This document shows positions 1 through 11,746 of a DNA stretch of 64,000 bases, piece by piece (position 1 is the first letter of the stretch; every line of letters starts with the position of its first letter). Below the pieces are notes generated by a model that saw only the letters and a list, made by a program, of their open reading frames with translations, had not been told where the DNA came from and ran no database searches. The stretch comes from Candidatus Obscuribacteraceae bacterium (lineage in GTDB: Bacteria > Cyanobacteriota > Vampirovibrionia > Obscuribacterales > Obscuribacteraceae). The position numbers and the translations under genes are program-made. Location: contig JBGAHS010000002.1 in NCBI GenBank assembly GCA_044226015.1, positions 1,075,435 to 1,139,434 of the forward strand, in the 5' to 3' direction.

Positions 1-2384
1 CGAACATGAGAACAGAAAACCTCCTCATGCAATCACAATCACTCGCGCAAGAGTTGCAAGCACAGCAACAAGAATTGACAGAAACAAACAAGCGACTGGA
101 ACAACAGGCAAAAACACTGAAAGCATCAGAAGATTTGCTTACAAAACAACAACAAGAACTCCAACAAACAAACGACGAGTTGCAGGACAAAGCACAACTG
201 CTTGCCCTACAAAACGCGGAAGTGGAAAAGAAGAACAGCGAAATCGAGCAAGCAAGACTTTCACTGGAAGAAAAGGCGGAGCAGCTTGCTCTCACTTCGA
301 AGTATAAGTCGGAGTTTTTGGCAAACATGTCGCATGAGTTGCGCACGCCACTGAACTCTCTCTTGATTCTCTCAAAATTGCTGACGGACAACTCCGATGG
401 CAATCTAACGACAAAGCAAGTAGAGTTTGCAAAAACGATTCACGACTCAGGCTCAGACCTGCTGGCACTCATCAACGACATTCTCGACCTGTCCAAGATT
501 GAGTCTGGAACAATCTCCATTGATGTTGGCGAGTTTCACATCTCAGACCTCACCGAAGGTCTTGAGCGCATCTTCCGTCAGGTGGCAGAGTCAAAGGGAC
601 TTGATTTCAACATCCAGGTGGATCCATCAACGCCTCGCGTGATAACCACCGATTCGAAGAGACTGCAACAAGTTCTGAAAAACCTACTTTCAAACGCCTT
701 CAAGTTCACTGAGCAGGGTGGCGTAACTCTAGAAATTAAGCCGACCACAGTCGGTTGGGACCCAAGCCGAGGCACCTTAAATCGGGCACAGACGGTTCTC
801 TCATTCTCGGTTCGTGACACCGGCATTGGCATTGCTCAAGAAAAGCAGAAGATCATCTTCGAAGCATTCCAACAAGCTGACGGAAGCACAAGCCGCAAAT
901 ATGGTGGCACCGGACTCGGGCTACCTATCAGTCGCGAAATCTCCAGCCTGCTTGGCGGCGAAATTCGCGTATCGAGTGCACCGAGCGAAGGCAGTACCTT
1001 CACCCTTTTCATGCCGGCAGACTATGTAGAGCCCACTGTGAAACCGCATGTTTTCAGCGCGCCAGTATCAGAATTCCGATTTAAGGAAGGCATCGTAGTC
1101 GATTCAAGTGCTAGCCCGAGCAACGATTCTTCTCTGCTTATTGAAACCGCTATGGCAGACGATCGGGGCAGCCTGCAAGAGAATGATCGTGTTCTGCTAA
1201 TTGTAGAAGACGACTTACATTTTGCGCGCCTGCTTCTAGATGAAGCCCGCGAGCACGGCTTCAAGGGCATCGTAGCTGCCACAGGTGAATCAGGTCTAGC
1301 CCTGGCGACTAGGTTTGGACCAGATGCGATAACACTCGACCTGCGCCTGCCAGACATGGATGGTTGGGCTGTGCTTGACCGTTTAAAACACGATACCAAA
1401 ACACGGCACATACCAGTGCATGTTATCTCGGCAGCAGACTCACAACCGCACCGTGCCTTTTCTCAAGGTGGCATCGGTTATGTCGAAAAGCCGGTCACGA
1501 AAGAGGCTCTGGGTGACGCGTTGAATGGAATCAAGGACTTCATTGAGAAACCAACTAAGACACTACTAGTTATAGATGCCGATGACGAACAGAGACACAA
1601 CATACTGGAACTCTTGAATGAATCAGACATTCAAGTACATGCGGTTAGCTCTGGAGAAGAAGCGTTGCAGCGACTTTCTTCACGTCAGTTTGACTGCGTG
1701 GTCGTAAATCCTCAGTTGCCGGACATGGAACTGAGTGACCTCATTAACAAGATGGAGCATGACTTGAAGATTCAAAAGCTTCCGATGATCATCTACAAAT
1801 CTAAAGACATGGAAGATGAAGAAGAGGGCAATGGTAAGAAAGAAACTGAACTCTTACGCAAATTTAGAGAAGCAGTCATTGTCCGAGAAGCTCAATCACC
1901 CGATCATCTTCTGGATGAAACAGCGCTATTCCTTCACCGTGTAGCAACGAAGCTACCAGACGTAAAACGCAAGATGCTCGAACATGCTCATGCGCAAGAT
2001 ACTATTCTTGCCGGCAGAAAGATTCTTGTAGTTGATGACGATGTTCGAAACATCTTTGCGTTAACGAGCATTCTTGAAACACAGCAAATGACCGTACTCT
2101 ATGCACAAAATGGACATGAGGCTCTCAGTGTCCTGGAGAGCAATCCTGACATTGAGATCGTGCTTATGGACGTAATGATGCCTGATATGGATGGTTATGA
2201 AACGACCAGACGTGTGAGGCTGATGCCCGAGTTCAGAAATCTACCAATCATTGCACTAACAGCAAAAGCGATGAAAGGCGATAGAGAAAAATGCATCGAA
2301 GCCGGTGCTTCAGATTACATCGCGAAGCCTGTACACACAGAGCAACTTAAGTCGCTGCTACGCGTCTGGTTGTATGACCAATAA
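1..2384 (+). CDS. Hybrid sensor histidine kinase (coiled coil-HisKA-HATPase-3x receiver), probably 5'-truncated by the window edge
   Basis: H-box [15 protein letters not shown]-box [15 protein letters not shown] boxes DTGIGI and GGTGLGL; three REC-like domains; no sensor domain in the window, so it likely starts upstream. Confidence 0.93.
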   Translation, partial: NMRTENLLMQSQSLAQELQAQQQELTETNKRLEQQAKTLKASEDLLTKQQQELQQTNDELQDKAQLLALQNAEVEKKNSEIEQARLSLEEKAEQLALTSKYKSEFLANMSHELRTPLNSLLILSKLLTDNSDGNLTTKQVEFAKTIHDSGSDLLALINDILDLSKIESGTISIDVGEFHISDLTEGLERIFRQVAESKGLDFNIQVDPSTPRVITTDSKRLQQVLKNLLSNAFKFTEQGGVTLEIKPTTVGWDPSRGTLNRAQTVLSFSVRDTGIGIAQEKQKIIFEAFQQADGSTSRKYGGTGLGLPISREISSLLGGEIRVSSAPSEGSTFTLFMPADYVEPTVKPHVFSAPVSEFRFKEGIVVDSSASPSNDSSLLIETAMADDRGSLQENDRVLLIVEDDLHFARLLLDEAREHGFKGIVAATGESGLALATRFGPDAITLDLRLPDMDGWAVLDRLKHDTKTRHIPVHVISAADSQPHRAFSQGGIGYVEKPVTKEALGDALNGIKDFIEKPTKTLLVIDADDEQRHNILELLNESDIQVHAVSSGEEALQRLSSRQFDCVVVNPQLPDMELSDLINKMEHDLKIQKLPMIIYKSKDMEDEEEGNGKKETELLRKFREAVIVREAQSPDHLLDETALFLHRVATKLPDVKRKMLEHAHAQDTILAGRKILVVDDDVRNIFALTSILETQQMTVLYAQNGHEALSVLESNPDIEIVLMDVMMPDMDGYETTRRVRLMPEFRNLPIIALTAKAMKGDREKCIEAGASDYIAKPVHTEQLKSLLRVWLYDQ

Positions 2385-2469
2385 GCACAAGAAGGTTTAG
2401 CAAGTACATCTCTGCTCGCGGAGTGTACTCGCTAAAATAGGTAGAAGGAAGGAATCACGGAGCCTCTCA

Positions 2470-4653
2470 ATGTCAACAGAGCAAGTAAAAATCTTGATTG
2501 TTGATGACCAGCCAGAAAATATTCTGGCCCTGGAGTCCGTTTTGGTGGACCTTGGCGAACAGCTAATCTCAGCATCATCTGGACGAGAAGCACTAAAGCA
2601 TCTGCTCGACCACGAGTTTGCCATTATCTTGATGGACTTAAAGATGCCAGGCATGACCGGCTTTGAGACAGCAGAGTTAATTCGGTCTCGCCAGAAATGC
2701 AGATACACTCCGATAATATTCCTTACTGCAGCATACACTGAAGATGTCCATGAATCAGAGGGATATGCCCTCGGGGCCGTCGACTTCATCACTAAACCGT
2801 TCGTCCCTGAAATTCTGAAATCAAAGGTCACAGTTTTTGTCGACCTCTACAAAAAGACACAAGAGATAAAAAAGCAAACCGACCTCATTACTCTTATCGA
2901 ACGCAAGCGATTGCAGGAAGCAAGAACGCGACTCGATGCTGAGCGTCAATTGATGCAAGAAGAACTGCTGCGTAAAGAAGCAGAGAGAGCATTGCTACTT
3001 GAACGCAGCTTGCAGCTTCAAAAATCAGAACAATTAAAAACTGAATTTTTGGCAAACATGAGTCACGAAATAAGAACGCCAATGCATGGCATTGTCGGTT
3101 TTATCGAACTCCTGACGCGCACCGAATTGAACGACGAGCAGAGGCAATATGCAGATTTCATAGCGCAATCAGCAAACTCCTTGCTGACTTTGATTAACGA
3201 CATTCTGGATCTTTCAAAAGTAGAAGCTGGCAAACTCGATTTAGAAACAGTCGAATTCGATCTGCGATCAGTCGTAGAAGGCACCGCTACACTCGTTGCA
3301 GAGTCGGTTAGAGAAAAGAATCTCAGCTTAATGACTTTCATCGACCCTGACATTCCAGCAGTGCTGCAAGGTGACCCTGGTCGCTTGCGACAGATTTTGA
3401 TGAACCTGATTAGCAATGCTGTGAAGTTTACAGACGAAGGAGAAGTCGTGATTCGCTGCCAGAAAGGAGATACTCCAGACGGCTCGAGACCAAACTCCCA
3501 AAACATCTATTTCAGTGTGAGCGACACAGGCATTGGAATTGCAAAACATCACCTTCCGCATCTGTTTAAGCCCTTTTCTCAAGCAGATGGCTCCACCACG
3601 CGCAAGTATGGTGGCACTGGACTGGGACTGTCCATTTCTAAACGCCTTATAGAATTGATGGGAGGCGATATAGGCGTTAACTCCGAGCCAGGAAAAGGCT
3701 CAACCTTCTGGTTTAAAATCACACTTCCAATTGCTACGTCCATAACTGCGACTCCTCCACTGCGAGACAACAGCCATCGACGAGTTCTTGTAATTGACGA
3801 TCATGCAAGTGCCAGGCGTATCATGCAGACATACTTGCAATCATGGGGAATGTCTTGTGACGTCGCAATAAACGGACAAGACGGACTTGAGCTGATGAGA
3901 ACTAGCGTTACAGAAAATAAGCCTTACGACATTGTCATCACTGACCTTGTTCTGCCAGGAATGGACGGTTTCAAATTGCGCGAGCAGATGGAGCAAGACC
4001 CTAACCTGCAAAAGATGAAAACACTTTTGATCACAGGCTACGATCTGAAGGATAGAGGAAAATCAGCATTAGCAGCTGGGTTCAGCGCTTACCTGACCAA
4101 GCCTCTTGAACAATCACGTTTGTTCAACGCCATAGTGCACATACTGACAGCAAGTGAAAATCCTGAAGAGGAGACAAACGCAGCTGAGAATCTCCTGGAA
4201 AAGAAAGAATCTTCCACTGAAACATCAATAATTCTCCTTGCGGAAGACAACCCAGTTAATCAGAAAGTAGCCACGCTTCAATTAAGTCAGCTTGGTTTCA
4301 AGTGTCATACCACCAGCAATGGAAGAGAGGCAGCTGAAGAATTCGAGCGGAATGGAAATTACGCTTTGATATTCATGGATTGCCAGATGCCCGAGATGGA
4401 TGGGTTCCAGGCAACAAAAGCCATACGCGACCTTGAGGTGCTACGCGGCACACACATTCCTATTGTAGGGCTCACAGCTTACGCAATGGAGGGTGATCGA
4501 GACAAGTGTATTGCAGCAGGAATGGATGACTATGTCAGTAAGCCATCGTCATTCGATAAATTAGCCACAGTTCTAAAAAAATGGCTCCCGGTGCATGCGG
4601 ATGCAATTACCGAGAGACAAAAACTTCTACCAAAACAGCGTTCTACAAAGTAA
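2470..4653 (+). CDS. Hybrid histidine kinase/response regulator (REC-HisKA-HATPase-REC-REC)
   Basis: [11 protein letters not shown]-terminal [30 protein letters not shown]-terminal [10 protein letters not shown]...[10 protein letters not shown]. Confidence 0.95.
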   Translation: MSTEQVKILIVDDQPENILALESVLVDLGEQLISASSGREALKHLLDHEFAIILMDLKMPGMTGFETAELIRSRQKCRYTPIIFLTAAYTEDVHESEGYALGAVDFITKPFVPEILKSKVTVFVDLYKKTQEIKKQTDLITLIERKRLQEARTRLDAERQLMQEELLRKEAERALLLERSLQLQKSEQLKTEFLANMSHEIRTPMHGIVGFIELLTRTELNDEQRQYADFIAQSANSLLTLINDILDLSKVEAGKLDLETVEFDLRSVVEGTATLVAESVREKNLSLMTFIDPDIPAVLQGDPGRLRQILMNLISNAVKFTDEGEVVIRCQKGDTPDGSRPNSQNIYFSVSDTGIGIAKHHLPHLFKPFSQADGSTTRKYGGTGLGLSISKRLIELMGGDIGVNSEPGKGSTFWFKITLPIATSITATPPLRDNSHRRVLVIDDHASARRIMQTYLQSWGMSCDVAINGQDGLELMRTSVTENKPYDIVITDLVLPGMDGFKLREQMEQDPNLQKMKTLLITGYDLKDRGKSALAAGFSAYLTKPLEQSRLFNAIVHILTASENPEEETNAAENLLEKKESSTETSIILLAEDNPVNQKVATLQLSQLGFKCHTTSNGREAAEEFERNGNYALIFMDCQMPEMDGFQATKAIRDLEVLRGTHIPIVGLTAYAMEGDRDKCIAAGMDDYVSKPSSFDKLATVLKKWLPVHADAITERQKLLPKQRSTK

Positions 4654-4731
4654 CAAGCAACCAAGTCTAAATCACAGCGATTGGGATCTTCACTATTTTG
4701 AGTACTAAAGACCCCTATCGCAAGATTCTAC

Positions 4732-5235
4732 TTAACCTATATCTCGTTGCCCACCTTGACCAAACATGGGAAACCACACAAATGAGTTGGTAGTACCCTG
4801 GCGCAATCTGTTCAGAGTTTTGTATGCGCGAGATGATACATAGGGATTATCGTCTTCGCAGAGTTTACTTAGAACAGTGAGTGGCAGATTGTGATTTTCT
4901 GCAAGACTGTATCTCACGTCCACAGCCTCATCACCAGCCAGAAGTAAAAGGACTCTAGCAGGGGTATTTGGATTTTCAGTCAATGCAATTCGAACATCGA
5001 CACATTGATGCCTGGCGAGATCTTCCAGGGTTTCAACATTCGTGTTAGCGTTCTCAGCCACTCTAGCTACGATGTCGTAGCAATCATGGCGAGAAAGCCT
5101 CTTCAAGCACCACGGTTTGGCTTCGGGGTGCGATGCCAAACGCATCTTCGCCAAAATAACCTTTGGTACTCCTCCAACTTCTTGTCCGTTCTCATCGTGT
5201 GAAAAGAAGCGGTCAAAAATTTTCTTTAGCTCCAT
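4732..5235 (-). CDS. HEAT/LRV (leucine-rich repeat variant)-like repeat protein
   Basis: Repeats of VRxxxAENPNTP/LxxLxxD; start moved to ATG 5235 behind an AGGAGG RBS. Confidence 0.7.
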   Translation of the reverse strand: MELKKIFDRFFSHDENGQEVGGVPKVILAKMRLASHPEAKPWCLKRLSRHDCYDIVARVAENANTNVETLEDLARHQCVDVRIALTENPNTPARVLLLLAGDEAVDVRYSLAENHNLPLTVLSKLCEDDNPYVSSRAYKTLNRLRQGTTNSFVWFPMFGQGGQRDIG

Positions 5236-5765
5236 TGTTTCCTCCTGATTCTGCTTCGCTTCTCGTAGAGAAGGACGAAACATAATTCAATCAGCTAAAT
5301 TATTTATTCTAACACTGGTCTTGAAAAACGGCACCACATACGACACTACGTTTTTCGTCCCAAGTTTGAAGGTAGACGCAGGGCGAATAGGCATGTTCCC
5401 GCAAAATCGTATGCATTTTCAACTTTCCATAAAGAATTGCAGCCGAAAGAAAGCAATTGAAAATTCTTATTTATTGCATGGCTGCGAAGGATAGTCCCTT
5501 GACCGTCAAACGCTTACAAAATAGTTGGATGGTCCGAACCCTTAATTCGATATAGTGCGAAGTGTCGCTACAAATAGATGAGTTAGTCCTTAATTTGAGT
5601 CGGGCACTAAAGCATTTAATCTGCGTCTCATGCGAAGTCAGAATAATTGAGCACTAAAAAAGAAGGAACTGCAACCAGGCTGTATATTACAGTTGAGCGA
5701 ATTCTCGTAAGTTGTAGGCTTTGAAGTGCATAGAGTGTCCAGGACGGGCACGCGGAGGAATAACT

Positions 5766-6308
5766 ATGGCACATGCGATAACAGCGATTCTATCTGGTCA
5801 AGAGCAACCCATTAGAGTTGCGGATGCTTTGAGACAAGCTGGATTCACCAGAGACGAAATTTCAATTCTTCTTCCTGATGACTTCGGCGCACAAGAGCTT
5901 GGGTTTGAACGAAAAACCAAGGCAATTGAAGGGCTAGTCCTCGGTGGCATAATGGGAGCGTTATTCGGAGTAGTTTTGGGGCTGTGCATGGTGCATTTCA
6001 ACCTACAGGCTCCTGGCTTCGAAGCAATCTACATGAGCACGCCCGGCAACGCCGCGCTAACTATGGCTATTCTATGTGGCGCGATAACCGCCGTACTTTG
6101 CGGCGTCATTGGTCTGAGTATTCCAGAATACATTGTCCGCAAGTACGACAGACGCACCAGAGTCGGTGGCTCTCTCCTTTCGGTTCATGTCGATAATTTA
6201 GCTGAACGCCGAATAGCTGAAAAAATCCTCCACATGGAAGGTGCACAAGACATCAAATTTACTGATGAGGAAAAAAATCCTCACAAGCCAATGCAATTGG
6301 CTCGATAA
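5766..6308 (+). CDS. Membrane protein, general-stress (YflT/DUF3341-like) family
   Basis: ADALRQAGF..EISIL N-terminus, Gly-rich TM hairpin, G..LLSVHVD...AEKIL..EGA C-terminus; GGAGGA RBS before ATG 5766. Confidence 0.7.
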   Translation: MAHAITAILSGQEQPIRVADALRQAGFTRDEISILLPDDFGAQELGFERKTKAIEGLVLGGIMGALFGVVLGLCMVHFNLQAPGFEAIYMSTPGNAALTMAILCGAITAVLCGVIGLSIPEYIVRKYDRRTRVGGSLLSVHVDNLAERRIAEKILHMEGAQDIKFTDEEKNPHKPMQLAR

Positions 6309-6325
6309 CTCCCTAATATCTAAAC

Positions 6326-6353
6326 ACGAATCCGGCTAATAAGCCGGATTCGT
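6326..6353 (+). terminator. Hairpin after stop codon (probable terminator)
   Basis: ACGAATCCGGCT-AATA-AGCCGGATTCGT, 12-bp perfect stem. Confidence 0.65.
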
Positions 6354-6440
6354 TGCACGTTTTGAAACTGCGAAAAAATTCCTGGTCTAGGGCAAACTAG
6401 TATTAGTTGCAACTCTAAATTCACGGTTAGGAGTAGCTAA

Positions 6441-8639
6441 GTGACACAATCCAAACAACGCTATGAGTTGGTGGATACGAGTTATGAAGTCGACACTCGT
6501 CCACTATGTTCTGGCATGCCTTTCGTTTTGACGGATGCAGCCCATCCACGAATGGTGCTAAAAAATGGCAGCCATTTCCTTGTAATGGACGAGATGGCTC
6601 AAATGCCAGCGTGCAACAGCTTAGGCTATGGATATTATCGCTTCGACACCCGCCATCTCAGCCAATGGGAAATGTACTTGAACGACGTGCCCCTTTCCTT
6701 GCTGTCGAGTGATCTGCAACATGGTTATTCAGGACGTTTCTTGTACACGAATCCACAACTGGATGGAATGTCACAGCAAAAAATTACAGTGGAAAGACAA
6801 ATCGTGGTGGGTGATTTGCTCTGGGAAAATATTCGACTAGAAAACTTCGGTGGCAAACCATACGATCTGGAACTTTCATTCCGCTTTCAATCAGACTTCG
6901 CGGACATGTTTGAAGTTCGAGGATTGAATCGCGGTGAACGCGGGCATCGCATGCTGCCGTCGAGCAAAGCAGACAATTCAGCGATATTTCTTGCTTACAG
7001 AGGACTTGATGGAGTTCTTCTTGAAACGATTATAGAATTTTTCGGAATGAAGCCACATGAAATTCGTGACGGCGTAGCCAAGTTCAAAATGCAGCTTCCC
7101 CTTAGAGGTCAAATTGAGTTTGGTTTTTGCATCGTGACCAAAATGGGTGGGCACACGATAGGCCAGATTGATTCCGAAGTTTCATTTCATAAGGCAAAGA
7201 CTTCTACAGACGATCACTACAAACAATGGCGCCGAAATACAGTACAGATAGACACCGCTAACGAGTTGTTCAACGTCTCGCTCGGTCGCTCCATCGATGA
7301 CTACTATATATTGAGGCAACCTACTCCCAAAGGTTATGGGCTAGCAGCTGGATTGCCCTGGTATGCAGCAGTGTTTGGCAGGGATAGCGCAATCGCAGCG
7401 CTGCAAGCTGTACCTTTCATGCCGGCGTTAGCCAGAGAGAGCATTGAAGTTTTAGCTGCTTATCAGGGACAAAAAAGCGATGTCTACAAGGTAGAAGAAG
7501 AGGGCAAGATAATGCACGAGCTTCGCCTGGGAGAGCTAGCTAGAACTGGTCAAATTCCTCATGCGCCCTATTACGGAACGGTGGATGCGACCCAGCTATG
7601 GCTGATGTTATTTTGTGAGTACTTCAACTGGACGGGCGACCAGGCGTTCGCAACAGAACTATGGCCAGCGGTGAAAGCTGCCCTTGCATTTCTCGACCGA
7701 GCTGCTGATGAGGGTGATGGCTATATCTTCTATCACCCCAGCCCTAATGGACTAATCAATCAGGGATGGAAAGACTCTGACGATTCCATTATGCATATGG
7801 ATGGAACGCTAGCCGAAGCACCAATTGCGGTGGCAGAAGCGCAAGCCTACCTATACTCTGCAAAACTTCAACTCTCACGTGTTGCTGAAAAACTCGGGCA
7901 TCATCAACTGGCAAACAAACTTACAAATGAAGCGGCTATTCTGAAAGACATGTTCCAGAAAGATTTCTGGATGACTACCGAACGATTTATCTGTATCGCA
8001 CTGGACAAACAAAGGCATCAGGTCGGAGCCATTAGCTCGAATGCAGGACACGCTTTATGGGCTGAAATACTCGATGAGGACAAAGCACATTCAGTTGCAG
8101 ACCGTCTGATGAAACCAGATATGCACTCTGGTTGGGGCATTCGAACCTTATCTGATAACATAGTTGCGTTCAATCCCGTCAGCTATCACAACGGCTCTGT
8201 CTGGCCGCACGACAATGCGATAATCGCCGAAGGCATGCGAAAACTGGGACGCATAGACGACATGCTCAAGATCATGTATGGCATTGTGGAAGTTTCCATG
8301 ACGGACAATGAGCATCGCTTACCTGAAGTATTTTGCGGTTTTGAACGAGTTGGCTCACTAAAACCAGTTGAGTACCCTGTTTCTTGTTCGCCTCAAGCCT
8401 GGGCAGCCGGCAGTATTCTGCACATGATTAAGTCTTGCCTGAATTTTCAACCAGATGCGCAAAACAAGTGTTTAAAGATAGTCGACCCAGCCCTTCCAGA
8501 ATGGATCGGAAATATTTCCATTCGCGGATTGCGTGTGGGAAATGCCACACTGGACATAGGATTTGAATCGCATATGGGAAGTACTTTTGCAAAGATCCTC
8601 CGAAAATCTGGAACTCTCAAGGTAGTGATTGAAAACTAG
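6441..8639 (+). CDS. Amylo-alpha-1,6-glucosidase / glycogen debranching family protein
   Basis: AAGLPWY..VFGRDS, YYGTVDAT, NQGWKDS, YHNGSVWPHDN, RLPEVFCG, CSPQAWAAG motifs. Confidence 0.9.
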   Translation: MTQSKQRYELVDTSYEVDTRPLCSGMPFVLTDAAHPRMVLKNGSHFLVMDEMAQMPACNSLGYGYYRFDTRHLSQWEMYLNDVPLSLLSSDLQHGYSGRFLYTNPQLDGMSQQKITVERQIVVGDLLWENIRLENFGGKPYDLELSFRFQSDFADMFEVRGLNRGERGHRMLPSSKADNSAIFLAYRGLDGVLLETIIEFFGMKPHEIRDGVAKFKMQLPLRGQIEFGFCIVTKMGGHTIGQIDSEVSFHKAKTSTDDHYKQWRRNTVQIDTANELFNVSLGRSIDDYYILRQPTPKGYGLAAGLPWYAAVFGRDSAIAALQAVPFMPALARESIEVLAAYQGQKSDVYKVEEEGKIMHELRLGELARTGQIPHAPYYGTVDATQLWLMLFCEYFNWTGDQAFATELWPAVKAALAFLDRAADEGDGYIFYHPSPNGLINQGWKDSDDSIMHMDGTLAEAPIAVAEAQAYLYSAKLQLSRVAEKLGHHQLANKLTNEAAILKDMFQKDFWMTTERFICIALDKQRHQVGAISSNAGHALWAEILDEDKAHSVADRLMKPDMHSGWGIRTLSDNIVAFNPVSYHNGSVWPHDNAIIAEGMRKLGRIDDMLKIMYGIVEVSMTDNEHRLPEVFCGFERVGSLKPVEYPVSCSPQAWAAGSILHMIKSCLNFQPDAQNKCLKIVDPALPEWIGNISIRGLRVGNATLDIGFESHMGSTFAKILRKSGTLKVVIEN

Positions 8640-8690
8640 ATTTTGATAGCAACTCTCAATTCAGAAAAAAAAAACAAGGAGCATAGAAAC

Positions 8691-9764
8691 ATGCGTATAG
8701 CGCAATTGGCACCCCTGGCAGAAAGCGTTCCCCCGAAGGGTTATGGCGGCACAGAATTGGTCATCAACCTATTGACAGAGGGATTGATTGAAGCCGGGCA
8801 CGATGTCACACTATTTGCATCCGGCGACTCGGAGACTTCAGCCGAATTAGTTTCAATTACGGATCGAGCGCTTCGTCTCGACAGCTCAATTCCAACGCGC
8901 CGCTGGTCGGCCTATTCGTTGAAACAACTGATAGAGTTTGAGCGAAGGCACAAAGAATTCGATATTGTGCATAGCCATATGGGATATGAGTCGTTTGACC
9001 TCTTACAGAGAATTAGCTGTCCAAGCTTGCTTACAAATCACAATCCGGTTCGCGATTACTGCGCGCCTTTGTATTTCGCTAACTCCAATCTAAACTATGT
9101 AGCTATTAGTAATGCCTATAAAAGATTGAATTATCCTGAAAAAATAAATTACGTTGCCACCATTCATAATGGCATCGACATCGAGCGCCACACTTTTGAT
9201 AGCTCTAAAGAGCGCAGCTATTTGTTGTTCATTGGCAGAATTTGCAAAGACAAAGGAACAGCCGACGCAATTGAAATTGCTAAAAGATTGAGCTTACCTC
9301 TAAAAATTGCCGGCAAAGTTGACGAAGCAGATAGAGACTACTTTAACGAACTCGTTGAGCCTTTGCTGGACCCGCCGAATATTGAGTACATCGGAGAAGT
9401 AAATTTCGAGCAAAAGAATGAACTCTATCAACAAGCTATTGCAGTAATCTACCCGATAGCTTTCGAGGAACCATTTGGATTGGTCATTGCAGAATCTATC
9501 GCTATGGGAGCGCCAGTTGTTGCACTTGAAAGAGGCTCTGTTTCCGAGCTAATCATTGACGGTAAAACTGGTGTCGTAGGAAAAACAGTTGACGAACTCG
9601 TATCAAAATTCGACGCCATCAAGAAGATATCGGCAGAAGAGTGTCGGGATTATGCAAAAAAGAATTTCTCCAAAGAGAAAATGGTGAACGATTACATCAA
9701 GCTCTATGAGAGACTGTCTAAGGAACAAAATGCGCTCCGCGCCTCAGCCGCCGGAGCACGTTGA
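8691..9764 (+). CDS. Glycosyltransferase family 4 protein
   Basis: MRIAQLAP..VPPKGYGGTE, IHNGID, EEPFGLVIAES; AAGGAG RBS before ATG 8691. Confidence 0.93.
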   Translation: MRIAQLAPLAESVPPKGYGGTELVINLLTEGLIEAGHDVTLFASGDSETSAELVSITDRALRLDSSIPTRRWSAYSLKQLIEFERRHKEFDIVHSHMGYESFDLLQRISCPSLLTNHNPVRDYCAPLYFANSNLNYVAISNAYKRLNYPEKINYVATIHNGIDIERHTFDSSKERSYLLFIGRICKDKGTADAIEIAKRLSLPLKIAGKVDEADRDYFNELVEPLLDPPNIEYIGEVNFEQKNELYQQAIAVIYPIAFEEPFGLVIAESIAMGAPVVALERGSVSELIIDGKTGVVGKTVDELVSKFDAIKKISAEECRDYAKKNFSKEKMVNDYIKLYERLSKEQNALRASAAGAR

Positions 9765-9998
9765 TCGCTTCCGGGACAAAGCCAAAAAGCTTGTAGAGTG
9801 CGCGCCTTGCTCCATTGGCGCGCACTCTATTCAACAGATGCTTGGATCGCCAATTTGAAATAATTCCCTGCAAATTTCAAAAAACATTCCACCAGAGCCC
9901 CCAACCTCCTCAGGTCAGTCTTAAGCTGTGGTGGAATATTTTTCTTGCTAGTCGGAACAGAAATGAGGGACTATTCCGGTCTGGCACAAGTATTAAAA

Positions 9999-10181
9999 CT
10001 ACGCTACATTTCTATCATCATGTTTGAATGGCGGTCGACCATTTCTTCGTTCAGTAAGTTCAGCATCTTCAATGGTGTGAATCAATTCTTTCATTTGGAC
10101 TGCCAGGATTCGCTTGATGTCTAACCAGAGTTCGCTCACATCTACTTGCGTATACTCGTCTTCGCATCTCAATTCATTCAT
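9999..10181 (-). CDS. Small hypothetical protein (60 aa)
   Basis: Strong GAGGAGG RBS just upstream of the ATG; no family recognised. Confidence 0.55.
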   Translation of the reverse strand: MNELRCEDEYTQVDVSELWLDIKRILAVQMKELIHTIEDAELTERRNGRPPFKHDDRNVA

Positions 10182-10327
10182 CGGTCCTCCTCAGCAGGCG
10201 GCACATTTGTACTTACCTGTTTCCCTCATCTTCTTCCGGAATTTTGCTTATTCCGAATACGACCTAATAGACAACTGATCGATATAAATGTTCCTGCATG
10301 ATCCGAATGTGCTTCCGGATCAATACT

Positions 10328-10759
10328 CTACTCTTCTTTCTGTCGTTTATGAGGTCCTGTTGTATTCAAATCAACCATGCGGTGTACGCTCCGCATGAGA
10401 GCAGCCACAGCGCCCGTAGAGCTGAACACCGTGGTATCAACAACTGCTACTCCACCATTGCGAAGAACATTAGACTCTGCTCGCAGAGGACCGACAGGGT
10501 CGTTTGTCAACAAATTGACGCTAAGTTGAATCGAATAAGGGAAACGTTTGCCTGCCATCGCCTCTGGTATCACTTCTCCGCCATGAATAGCAGCCGATGC
10601 AACCTCATCTGCAAGAGTAACAATTGCACCGGCATGATAGACTCCCGTAGGTTGTTTTACCATGTCTGAGAGTGGCAGCTCGCCGCAAGCATAATTTTCG
10701 CGAACTTCGTTCATATGCCCACCAAGAGCGGTAAGCATGGTCCATTCATATTTAGGCAT
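10328..10759 (-). CDS. PaaI-family hotdog-fold thioesterase
   Basis: QPTGVYHAGAIVTLADE motif, SIQLSVNLL strand. Confidence 0.85.
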   Translation of the reverse strand: MPKYEWTMLTALGGHMNEVRENYACGELPLSDMVKQPTGVYHAGAIVTLADEVASAAIHGGEVIPEAMAGKRFPYSIQLSVNLLTNDPVGPLRAESNVLRNGGVAVVDTTVFSSTGAVAALMRSVHRMVDLNTTGPHKRQKEE

Positions 10760-10771
10760 TTTTCCCTCGAA

Positions 10772-11746
10772 CTATTTTGGTTGTTTTTCGGTGGACTCTT
10801 TTGAGTCAATTGATGCTTTAGGATGTGTAGAGAAAAAATTCCAACATTCCTGGCTTGCATCAAGACCATTGAAAGCCTTATCAGTATACAGAATGGAATT
10901 CTTTCCTGAAGGCCATGTGTGACGCACGCCTTTCATGGTTATAACCTTTACTTCAGACTTGTTCTTTCCCGAAAACACTTCTGTCTTCAGGCTTTCCGTC
11001 TCATTAAGCTCACTGGAATCTGTGCACTCATCAGCTTTCTTCCAAAATTTGACAGCATACGAAACCGGTTCACGATTAACAGGATAACCCCAACGAGCCC
11101 ACTTACCTGTTCCACCATTATAGGGAACATGACGGTCATCTGTGCCATGGATTATTTGCACCGAAACCGGAACTTTTGGCTCGCGTTCTTTGCCACTCAT
11201 TGCACCGCCAACACAGGTGACTGCAGCAATTTTGTCTGAAAGCTCACAGGCGAGGCGAAAACAAAACATCGCACCGTTAGAGTATCCGCAAGCAAATATC
11301 CTCTTTTTGTCGATCGAATACAGTTCACTCAGCTTATCTATCATTGCTGAAACGAATTCTACGTCGTTTACCTTATTATTACTGGCAAAGCCGCAGCAAT
11401 CGATGGCGTTCCACCACAAATATTTTCGAACGAACATGCCGCTGCCATAGGGATAGACAGCGATGAAACCATTCTTTTTAGCCAGCTCATCCATACCGGT
11501 GAGACGACGAATCACTTCTCCGTTTTCCATGGCTCCATGAAAAACGAAAACCAGTGGAATCTCCTTTTTATCCTTCAACTCTGGAGGAACATAAACATGA
11601 AATATTCGGCGCATCTTCTTTACGCGAATAATCAGTTCCTTCACAGTTTTTTTCTCAGGCTTTACTTTGTCTGCACTGGCGTATGCAGCGCAGACGAAGC
11701 TTTGGCAAAAAAGCAGACCTATCGCCAGGCTTGAAAGGACCCTCAA
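10772..11746 (-). CDS. Secreted PHB-depolymerase/LpqC-family esterase
   Basis: Signal peptide; FVFHGA, WNAIDCC, GYSNGA nucleophile elbow, IIHGTDD, HTWP. Confidence 0.88.
   Translation of the reverse strand: MRVLSSLAIGLLFCQSFVCAAYASADKVKPEKKTVKELIIRVKKMRRIFHVYVPPELKDKKEIPLVFVFHGAMENGEVIRRLTGMDELAKKNGFIAVYPYGSGMFVRKYLWWNAIDCCGFASNNKVNDVEFVSAMIDKLSELYSIDKKRIFACGYSNGAMFCFRLACELSDKIAAVTCVGGAMSGKEREPKVPVSVQIIHGTDDRHVPYNGGTGKWARWGYPVNREPVSYAVKFWKKADECTDSSELNETESLKTEVFSGKNKSEVKVITMKGVRHTWPSGKNSILYTDKAFNGLDASQECWNFFSTHPKASIDSKESTEKQPK

Noticed and set aside
6441..9764. Debranching enzyme plus GT4 pair, and a second debranching enzyme at 56.6 kb, as a new system
   Set aside because: Common gene pairing; two subfamilies in one genome is ordinary
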